A stretch of 61,074 nt of DNA, filler included, from Basidioascus undulatus (taxonomy: Eukaryota): the NCBI GenBank assembly GCA_000826855.1. It is 4 parts of 4 records of this genome, joined end to end, with 100 filler letters (N's around TTAATTAATTAA, not from the genome) between each part and the next. Parts side by side here need not be neighbours in the genome. Positions count along the whole stretch, not along the records: positions 50,864 to 61,074 come from JTLS01001163.1; 3 more parts are not named here. One strand, written 5' to 3'. This document shows, piece after piece, positions 51,565 through 61,074 of the stretch. Below the pieces are notes generated by a model that did no database searches, had not been told where the DNA came from, and was given only the letters and a program-made list of their open reading frames with translations. A program made the translations under genes and the position numbers. The stretch's first letter is position 1; each line of letters opens with the position of its first letter.

Positions 51565-52447
51565 GCTCCGCCTGGTTCTTTACTGCCCACTCCACCACTG
51601 CCGCCGCCGGGCCATCCACCCACCAGACGCCTTCGGCCCTACGAGCATCCCCCTCTTCATCGCATTGCATCCCCTCTCATCTCGTCCCTCGCATCATCTC
51701 CCCTTCGCTCCTCATGCGCAGTTCATTAGACCTAGCTAGCTTTCTTTCTTCCTCTCTCGCGCGCGCATCGCTTTTCTTTGTCTTGTTTTGTTGCGTTCAC
51801 GGCATATCCCTTCATCATTCACCAACCACCACCATCATCAGTCATAGTCATCCACATCAATCCATCTATCTGCATTGTTCCTTAATTTTTGTTTTTTGGG
51901 TGCTGATTGCTGAGTGCTGAGTGCTGCATGCTGCTTGCGCCAGGCGAAAGCGGATGGGGTGTGCGACTGGCAAATGAGGAGGGGCAGAAGGACCTGCCTG
52001 GCTGGCCGCAGGTTGTCTTCCGACTCTCATCACCACCTTCGCACCCAAACTTTTCAGGCTTCGCTAGAGACCGTAGACGACGAGTGAGTACGATTCCCAA
52101 CATTCCTATCGCTTCCTTTGATCTTCCAATGTCATCCAATCGTCGGCCTCGTCGTACTGGAGGTCAATTTTCGCGTCCCTTCGTTTGTCGTTGACGCTCA
52201 AGAGTTTTCTCCTTCAACCGTTTCGGCCGCGCCTCGCTCGTCTCGTTCGTGCTCCATGTGCCCAGCAAGAGGCGATACTCAACCAATTCGCATTATCTCA
52301 CACGCGCTGTATAGAAGCGGGCTAATCCTCGAGCATTAGCAACAACACCGCCAGTTGTGGACCAGCCGCTGAGATCGATTACTTCTTCATCATTTGCAGC
52401 ACGCATACCGGGTTGCCCTTCAAATTGTTATCAAGTTTTAGCCACCG

Positions 52448-53990
52448 ATGTCATCGGCCAGCTCCTCACGAGGACCGTCCCCGGCTCGCGCGCCGTCCAT
52501 CGACGACGTCGCGCTCGCCCTGGTCCGCGAAGCCATCGAAGACCCCGTCGCCTCCGGTGCGCACTTGCCGCTATTGACCCGTTCGGGTGCCTCACGTCCC
52601 CTGACATGCGAGCAGACCTCTCTCCCGTCGGCCCCGCCGCGCTCTACCTCCTCCGCTCGTCCCTCTCGTACCTCACGCCGACGCACATCCCCGCCCTCCT
52701 CGCGCTCGCGCACAGCCGACTCCAGACGTACCCCTTCCACGCGGCCCCCGTCGCCTGGCGAAGACTCTATACCGACACCGTCCTCCTTTGGACTGCGCTT
52801 GAGTTCGATGCCCAGCGACAGGGGCGCGAGGTGGACTGGATGGAGGCCGTCGCGCGCCTGGACAAGGCGCTCGTCATCGCCGGCGCGCCGGGCGAGGACC
52901 GCCGCGAAGTTGTGCAAGCTCTCGTCGCGGATATCCAACGCGTCTACCTCCCGCCCTTCCCTGCGCCTCCGACAAGCGAACCCCCCCCCACACGTTCGCG
53001 AAGACCCTTCCGCTCCCTGTCGGGCTCGCCGGCCGTCCCCGTCCTCCCCGCCCCACCATCAATCTCAGCGTTCCGAGCTCTCCTCTCAACCTCCTCGCCC
53101 CCGTTCATCCTCCGCTCCTATTTCGCTGTGCACCCGACGTCCACATGGCGCTCACCGGCAACCCTCCTCTCCCTCGCAGGCGGACCGGGGCGCATCGTGC
53201 CTGTGGAGGTCGGGTCGAGTTATACGGACGATGGCTGGGCGCAGCGGATGATGCTGTGGGAGGACTTTGTAGAGCAGATCACCCGGCGACGAGCGCCGAA
53301 GGATGAGGAGGACGAGGGTGAAGCGGAAGAGGACGTCCTTTACCTCGCGCAGCACGACCTGCCGAGCCAGTTCGAGAAGATGGCCGCCGACGTCGTTCCT
53401 CCTGATTACGTCTATTGCGCGCCGGAGGAGAACGAAGCTTACCGACCACCTGAGGCAGGGCTCGTCATCAACGCCTGGATAGGAGGAAAGGGCGCGGGGT
53501 CGCCAGCACATACTGTTCGTCTTCCTGCTTGCCTGTACCTCATCATATTGCCACTTAATCTCAAGTACACCACCCGCACACACAGGATCCGTACTACAAC
53601 TTCTACGGTGCGCCTCCGTCTCCCAACTCTTCCCCTATTCTTCACATCATCTGACGACGCCATCCACCACCCCGCTGTTCCTCCGCCAACTCAGCGCAAA
53701 TCAAGTCCCGCAAGCGGATCTGGCTCGGGCCGCCATCGCTCTCACTCCCTGCACTCTCAAGCAGCACGACGTCCCATGCCGAGCTCATGTCCAACACGAC
53801 GTCACTCTCGCCGTTCGACGGCCCCGAGGCGCTGCCGGACGACGTGCGCGCACACGGGTTCGAGGCCGTACTGGAGGAGGGCGACTGCGTCGTCTTCGCG
53901 CCGGGTTGGTGGCATGCGCTGAGGTTCGAACAGGATGAGGATGAGTGTGACGAGGCGGGGTGGGGCGCGAGCTTGAGCTTTTGGTTTTGA
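52448..53990 (+). CDS. JmjC-domain protein, JMJD5/KDM8-like
   Basis: WRRLYTD, LDKALVIAGAPG, RIVPVEVGSSYTDDGWAQRMM, YLAQHDL, NAWIG...SPAHT/DPYYN (HxD), LEEGDCVVFAPGWWHAL, SLSFWF*. Confidence 0.9.
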
Positions 53991-55139
53991 GGCTCGGAGA
54001 GACAGGATGAACTGGATGTAATATGGAGTCCCGCGGGATGGCTGGCACTCACTTTGCGATAGAAACAAACAGGAGTTGCTCGGCGCTGGGGTATCTCTTT
54101 GTCCACCTGCAAGGACGCAGAAGGAAGGTCGGGTGCAGCGGAGCTTCGTCCCCCCTCCCCGGGTACAGGGGTGCAATCGTCGTGATTAGACATCACCAAC
54201 GTAAAATATTCCCGGGTGCGCTCGGTATCAAGGGTTCCTCAGTGTCTGACGAGACATTCTCAGCCTCGACTTCCATCACTACGAATGCAACAAGACACAT
54301 GACAACATGGAGTCTTCCAGGCTAAATGAGGATCAAAAATTGGAAGTCCAATCCTGCACTATTGACTCGTGAAAAAAAAGGGTGTGGCACGGCATGCAAA
54401 AGGAAGCGACCAAGGCACGATGAGATCCCCGCACGCTTGACCAAGTCCAAAAGAACAGAGAGGAGGTTTAGCTACTTGGCCTTGACGACCTTTGCTGCGT
54501 ACAGCTAACATTAAGTATTACTCCTAATATCTACATGTTTATCCGGTTGGCAACGACGATGTGCACAACAAGCAGCCATACAACTCTCTTTATTGCGGTA
54601 TCCGGACTGTACTACAAAATTTGGCACCAGGTTTTTGCTTTGCACTGCGAGGAAACCACTGTATCGTTCCTCAACCACCTTCGAGATGCACAGGCCCCTT
54701 CGTGCCATGGACCTGTGCAACTTGGCGGCCTTGCTTTTGCGCGCTTGTTCAACCTTGCTTGGTCTACTTTTAGTCAGGGGGTGCCTCATAGTTCCTGGTG
54801 CTTTCTTGGCATTCTCACTGATAGCAGGTTCAGCACGTCGGGCAGACATCCTTGCGCAATTGCTGCACGGCAGTGGTTGGCAGTGCTCGCGACTGCAGCT
54901 CGCTCATGCAACGTGCACTGGGGCACCCAGCTCGGTCATTGCCAGCATCACAATACCAAAGCCTTGAAAAGGTGGCCTGCCGAGTTCTCCTCTTGCCTCT
55001 TCTTTCACACTCACGTCCTTCACTCTCACATCGGCAGCATGATGTTCCCTATAACTCGCCGTAACGGCGCTCGCCTGCAGCGCATACGCCCGCCCGGCAT
55101 CCCGACAGCCGGGCGTACTCTACCCACGCGATGTGCAAG

Positions 55140-56730
55140 GGCCTGGTTCCTGTCGCATTACAAGGATCAAACCATTACGGGGTTGAAAGGAGTCGTTACG
55201 ACGAAATCGTACGTAGCAGCGGCTGATTCTGGCAGCCTTAAATGGGATGTGAACCCCGAGGCAATCAAGATTGCGGGCGCTCTCACTAGTGGCAGGCACC
55301 CCTCGGATTGCTTACCATGTCGTAGGCACCTCGTACCAGGGGTTGAGCTACCTGGCTGAGCCGCCAGCATTCACATTGGCGACCGTTTCGCGGACATCAC
55401 CCGTATCATTTCTTACAACTACGTGGGACCTCTATTTTACTTCTCTGTGTCTTGGGCTTGGGTCGGCACTCCGACTATTCACAGGAATTCCCCCTTCTCC
55501 CGTACGTACGCTATATCGCACTCCCCGACTGAAAACTGATTATCGTCGCTGCCTCGCCAGACCCGACTGCGACTCTGTCTTACACCACGCGTTTCCCCTC
55601 ATTCCCTCGGCCACACTTTCCTCCTCCTGGAGTTGCTCTGCTCTGACCGTCGCTACCTACAATATCGAACGCCTCCGCCAAGGACGCAACGCGTCTGGCG
55701 TGGCTCGGCCAGCAGATCGTCGGTGCTCTCAAGCAGTCGGACCTGATTGCGTTCTGGGAGATCCAAGACGATGGTGAGTCAAGCCACTCAGTTTTGGTGC
55801 CTTTTCCTTGGACTGAATTGGGTTGGAGTAGAAGACGGCGCGACCGACTCTGGCGCGACTTGGACGGAGGGCACGGTGTCCACCATCAGCAGCCATCCTT
55901 CAGGCCGGTGGGGCGGAGTACAAGTAGGCGTCCATTGATCCAGTCGATAAGGTTGACGTTTTTCAAGAAGCGACATACTTCAGTCAGCCTGATGTTAACT
56001 TTGTACGGCTATTCTTCCAGCGGTGCTCCCGGCGACAACATTCGCCAATCGTTTCTCTACCGCACCGACCGCCTAGTGCTCGATACCACATCGCCAGCAG
56101 GCGATGCTACCACCACTCAGTCTATCACGGTCGACTCTTCCACCTCTAAACATCGACCCCTCCAACACCGCCTGGGCCGCCTCCCTCTCGCTGCCTCATT
56201 CCGCCTGGTGTCAGAGCCTAGCGGCAAGAGACTGCACGCGGGCAACTTGCATTATGCCTCCAAAGGCGGATCCAGCTCGACCTACGGGCGGTTCCAGCCA
56301 CCCGTCAACGGCGGCGTCGAGCAGCGGATCGCGCAGGCCCAGGTTGAACTTCGTGGAGGAGCTTCAGTGCTGAAGTGCATAAACTGCGTACTGACTGAGA
56401 GTGCGGTACAGGCTCGCCTTCTCGTTCTGGGCGACATGAACGAGTTCACTGCCGTGCAGCCGCTCGACACTGAAGTGAAACATGCGTCCCGTATGGAACG
56501 TTACTCGTGAGTCTGTTCTTGTCATGATCTCAGAAGGGCCCCTCTAATCCAGAGAACCTTTACGTTTTCGACCAGAACTCGCAGCAGATCGACCACGTCT
56601 TCACCACCGCAGCCCGCCGGGAAAAGCCGCCACAGCCAAGGTCGAACTCGTGCATGTCAATCACTTCGGCAGTGAGACCGATGCTGTTAGCGACCATGAC
56701 CCGGTGGTTGTGTCGCTCAATCTCTGCTAA
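55140..56730 (+). pseudogene. Decayed extracellular endonuclease/exonuclease/phosphatase (EEP) gene
   Basis: Ordered motifs FLSHYKDQTITGLKGVVT, LTVATYNIERL, GAPGDNIRQSFLYR, HYASKGGSSSTYG...PPVNGGVEQR, LGDMNEF, ERYS, YVFDQNSQQIDHVF, SDHDPVV. They lie in shifting frames with large segments missing and no clear signal peptide. Confidence 0.7.
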
Positions 56731-56945
56731 GGGAACTCCCGCTTCCCACTCCGCTCCTTAGAATATCCCGTTTCATCGTCCTGTCGAGCTTTCGGGTTTC
56801 AGAGTCATGCATCACATCTGTTGACTCCAGTGTGCGGAACACGGGACCACGGGAGGCTGTCCGAGTTCTTATTTACGCATCGAAATACAAGCTCGAGCGT
56901 CCATGAATCTAATTCTTCGTGTGCCAATGTCAAATTAAATTCCAT

Positions 56946-59900
56946 TCAACTCTCGGCCTCAATCTCCGCGAACACATCAAAGAAACCGCCATGCTGTAGA
57001 GACAACAGAAAGCATATGAGCTTCCTTTCCCGACCAGCCTCCTCATTCAGACTACTTACGTTACCCGCTCTACGCTCAAACTCCTGTGCTTTCCACCTCT
57101 TCTCCCTTTCCGCTTCGGATGCCTCATGTTCTGAGGACTCGTGCGAGTCCGCCCAGAGCTGCGACAGCCGATTCGCGATGCGCTCTGCGCCTTCTCGCGC
57201 GCCCCCAAGGTTGAACGCCGATGGACCAAGCTTTGATCACGGCCTGTCAGTAAAGGTGGTTCGTGGTCCCCGGGAAGAAAACGCACCTCGAGCGCAGCCA
57301 TTCCTCCGATGAGAAAGAAAGGTACGTCTTTGCCCCACTTGAAAGTAGCAGACCGTCAGTCTACCGGTTCGCGCTGTCAGTTCCCAAAGCCACACGCACC
57401 TGCAAGTCGTGCGTCAAAATGGGAAATCCGTTGCAAGTCTCGACGGGAACCTGTTGGCGGAAGCGGTCCAGGAACGGCAGACTCTCCACCGAGACCTTGC
57501 TTCCCGTCGCGCTGACGAGGTAGTCGAACCCTTCCAGAGTCTCCGCTACACCGTCCGGACCGCGAACGTCTATTGACCAGCCGGACGCAGAGTCGTATCG
57601 AGCATCGAAAACGGCGGTGCACGTGCGAAGATCCAGCTGACCTTGCGCTTGCAGGTCGCGAAGGATCTTGTAGTCTGTATCAAGTAGGAGGTACGATCAG
57701 CGACGGAGTGGACAGTGGTCGAACTGACAAAACGCACACGGCTGATTCACAGAGCCTCCGTTGCGAGCTTCGAGGATCATTTGTCGTCGAACTATTCAAG
57801 TATATTTTGTGAGCAAGCAAAATGCAAAGAGGCAACAGCCGCGCCTTACCATTGTAGTCTTCTTCGCGCCAGAACTGCGCAGAGCTACCATGTCAGCGAA
57901 TTTTGTAGAGTATGAGTCCCCGAAAACGTACTATCATCTTGTTCAGGTTCTGGAACTTGTCTACCCAGGTCGTGTCGAAATCGAACGGCTGCGTCCAATA
58001 AATGCGTCAGCTCGGGACTCTTGACAAGAATCGCGGACGGACCTTCATCTTCAAGTGGCTTCGGCAAAGCAGAGTGAGTTTCCGCACTCCGCGACGGTAG
58101 GCGATGTCGATTATTTGGGCCGAGGTCAGACTGTACAGTCGGCGACTCGTCAGCGGAATTTGCGTGCGACACTGCGTTTTTGCAGGTTCACTCAAAACTC
58201 ACCCGCCACCGATGACAACTAGGTTGGCGTCACGCCCAGACCGCATCTTGTTCTTCAGCTCCTTCGTCGGGAACTCGAAGCCTGGACGAGCGAACGCGCT
58301 GGTGTGGCACCAAGCCTGGCCCATCAGACCACGGTCCCAGCTGACGCTGGGCTGACGGAGGAGGTATTCCGGCGCGTTGATGACGCTGTTGTTCTATGTC
58401 GTTCTCCGATCGTTAGCCTTGGCCGTCTCGTGTCTGCGGGCGTGAGAATGAACCCACCCCGACGGCGAGAACGACAGCACGGCTGGCGAGTTGACGGCCG
58501 TCCTTGAGCGTGATGGTGAAGGCCTTTTCAGGCGCAGCGGCCTTGCCTTTCGGGACAGTGACCGAGGAAGGAAGCGCGTCGTAGGATATACTCGAGGCCT
58601 TGAAACTGGCTCAGCCACACATCGAACAAGCCGACTAGCTCAGCACTCACCTCCCCGGGAGTGACATACTGTGAAAGGCCATAGTGATCCTGGACGTCCT
58701 CGCGGCAGAAGTCGAGGAAGACGTTCTGGACTTCCTCTTTCAGTAGAGGCCGCTAACCCCGCCAACAGGGAACTCACCGAGCCGGGCGTCTGGTAGTCGC
58801 GGCGATCCCTGAAAATCGAATTCCCATGTCAGGAAGGTGTCCTTGGAGTCGAAGGCCAGACAGCAACATACCGCTCGTTGATAGGGTCTTCGTATTGAGG
58901 GCGCTTGCCGGTCTTGATGAGCTTCTTCTTCGCATGCTTGGAGAGCTCCTTCCCGACTACACCCTGTTGTTGAAAGAGATTTCCGACAGCCAAAGTCAGC
59001 CGGCCATCGCGAGTTGTAGTACAGGCAGGACAATTAACCGGGATCTCAGTGAGCTCATTCTCTCGGCCCGTCCGCACAGCGTACGCGAGAAGACCGTCAA
59101 GGTCTGCCGGACCCCTGAAATCCCGTGTGGATGAGCACCTCTGGAAGTCTAAGCCTCGACATATCAAGTACGCACGGATGGAAGAACATCGGGCTGCGCA
59201 GTGTCCGAATCTCGAGGTTCTCAAACAACGTCGTCCATTGAGGCTAGAAGAAACCTCCCGCATAAGCACATAATTTCTCAGCCCTATCAACAAGGTGTAG
59301 TCACTCACCATCCACCCCGGCCTCGAGTGCTTGTCGAGCACGACGATGTCTGGCCGCGGTGTCTCGTTCTTCACGTGGACGAGCTTGCGCGCAAAGCCCT
59401 TCGGCTTGCTGCGCGGCTGGGCGTACGTCCGCAGCCACGACAGCCGCGCGTGCTCGAGGTCGGTGTACAGCGCCGAGGGGCGCTCTTCGAGCAGGCGGGA
59501 GACGACGGCGAGGGCGTGCGGACCCGCACCGACGACGATCAGGTCGTGCAGGAACTTTGGGGTTTCGTGGGATGCGTAAGATTGATTTGGAGGCTGGTTG
59601 AACTGTGAAGGTAAGATGAGTAGGTCAGAAGTGAATGAACTGGATCATCGGTCCGACCGCAGTCGCAGGGGAGACGCAGCCGAAATGAAACAGGACGTAC
59701 AGCTTCGCCTTGCACCGGTGTGGGCCGAATCTCCGCAGGAAGTGGCTTCTTCTGTAGCTCATCATGGTTACTGCCCTTAGACAAACATCGAGAGCGTGAG
59801 AGCGTGAGAATGCACCTCGTCCACAGCGCCAGCGTCAGGCCCGACCGCATCCTCCTGCTTTTCTTCCAACTGCACAACCCGCAGTCAGCGCCCATCCCAC

Positions 59901-60086
59901 ACCGTTCACCCGCATTCGAACCAAACAAAGAGAACGCACCGTCTTCGCCTGCTCCTCCTCCAGCGCCTGACACTGAGCGCACTTTAGCGCGCTCTCAAAC
60001 GCGCAGCGGATCTCGTGTGAGCTCAAGCCGGCGTCGAACAGCTGCGCCAGGAGCGCGTCGATCTTTGGTTGGGGCGTGTCCTTCAT
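56946..60086 (-). CDS. FAD/NAD(P)-dependent oxidoreductase (two Rossmann motifs), multi-exon
   Basis: DLIVVGAGPHALAVVSRL, LEIRTLRSPMFFH, DLDGLLAYA, second motif LVVIGGG/LTSAQII, AFNLGGAREGAERIA, last exon HGGFFDVFAEIEAES*. Confidence 0.85.
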
Positions 60087-60887
60087 GCGTCGTATCGAAT
60101 GAGAGTGTTTCTATGGGTTGTTTGTGGGAATTCAAAGAGCTGAGATGGAGAAATGAGACCGGGGCGTGCATGATGCGGTACTCCGGTCAGGCGTTCACCA
60201 GTGCGACCGGTCGACCACAGCGGTCCTCGTCCGGTCGGCGAGCGATCTCTCGGCAGGCGATCATAAGCCAGCAAAATCCATCTGGCTTGAAGAAGGTCGA
60301 ATCAGTTGACAAAGCGACAGCAAGCCCGAGACTAGCCGGTAAGTCATCTCAGTGTGCAAACATGCTTCGTGGGATGAAGGGGACGCAGCGCCCGCCATCA
60401 CCCACGGCCACCGTGACCCACGACTTCACACCCGTCAGACGACGCATCTTGCTAGCAATATGGTTCATACAATGCGCTCAAAAATAACCGACCGACAGTC
60501 AGTAACAAAGCGGGGGTTGGGGGATATCATGCAGTTCAGGCGGGGCGGAGGCCAACAAAGAGTGGGAGTAGGTAAAAATAGGGCAGATGGGCGGACGAAA
60601 CTAAGAATGCACGACAGCGAAGGACGAAGAACTAAAGAAGGGACATGGGCGTGGGAACAGTGAGTTCGAGCGCTTCGGACGATGGGATGGGCGTGGATAT
60701 GGTTTGCGATGCGAGCGAGGATGTGGGATGTGTTGGGTGGATGCAGGAAGCCGGCCCCAAAAAGAAACGGAAAAGAAATCGAACAAAGCCCAGAAGAAGG
60801 GGGATGCGAAAGCGAAAGAAAGGAAGAAGCATGTGTGTGTGGGTCTGCGTATGTGGACGGGGTGTGAAGTCCTCAGTCCAGAGGTTT

Positions 60888-61074
60888 CTACCACACCCCC
60901 GCGTCTGTGGGCGCCTCGCTATCCTCGCGATTCCAGCGAGCATCGCGTCCGCCGTCCTCGTCGTCTGCGTCCGCATCGGCAGCGTGCTCGACTTCGCGCG
61001 CGGGCGAGGGCGAGGGCGAGCGAGGGGAGGGGGAGACGGCGCGTGAGGAGGAGCATCGCTGCTGCGGAGGGTCT
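60888..61074 (-). CDS. C-terminal end of an unknown protein, truncated by window/contig end
   Basis: Open frame ...PSPSPSPAREVEHAADADADDEDGGRDARWNREDSEAPTDAGVW* followed by a pyrimidine-rich 3' region. Confidence 0.45.
   Translation of the reverse strand, partial: DPPQQRCSSSRAVSPSPRSPSPSPAREVEHAADADADDEDGGRDARWNREDSEAPTDAGVW

Noticed and set aside
54380..54820. Weak inverted similarity between ~54390-54450 and ~54760-54815 as terminal inverted repeats
   Set aside because: The alignment needs many gaps and mismatches, and no target-site duplication is visible.

Overview
Intron-rich, GC-rich fungal DNA, probably basidiomycete (GTGCGT/GTGAGT donors, CTGAC/CTAAC branch sites, short introns). 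It is not one locus. Four unrelated contigs (1-30140, 30241-40452, 40553-50763, 50864-61074) are joined by artificial 100-nt N44-TTAATTAATTAA-N44 spacers. Contig 1: RIB3, a candidate KASH-type nuclear-envelope protein, a ~9.5 kb zone of gene relics (intron-containing 3' halves of RPL11 and LTV1 fused head-to-head, plus possible Crypton-like tyrosine-recombinase remnants), an Hv1 proton channel, MSH4, and a laccase followed by an internally deleted tandem copy. Contig 2: flavin-reductase-like gene, Xaa-Pro aminopeptidase, RKI1, TAF12. Contig 3: F-box gene, LEA-like gene, MCM3 with paired MCB boxes, a 72-aa mitochondrial-type microprotein, and the 3' end of a SMY2/GIGYF gene. Contig 4: a partial gene, a JMJD5-like gene, a decayed extracellular EEP nuclease and an FAD/NAD(P)-dependent oxidoreductase. 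No clearly complete novel system is evident. The best leads are the gene-fragment zone with two opposite-strand recombinase-like relics bracketing Hv1+MSH4, and the KASH-like protein. All gene models were spliced by eye and family calls come from remembered motifs, not database searches.
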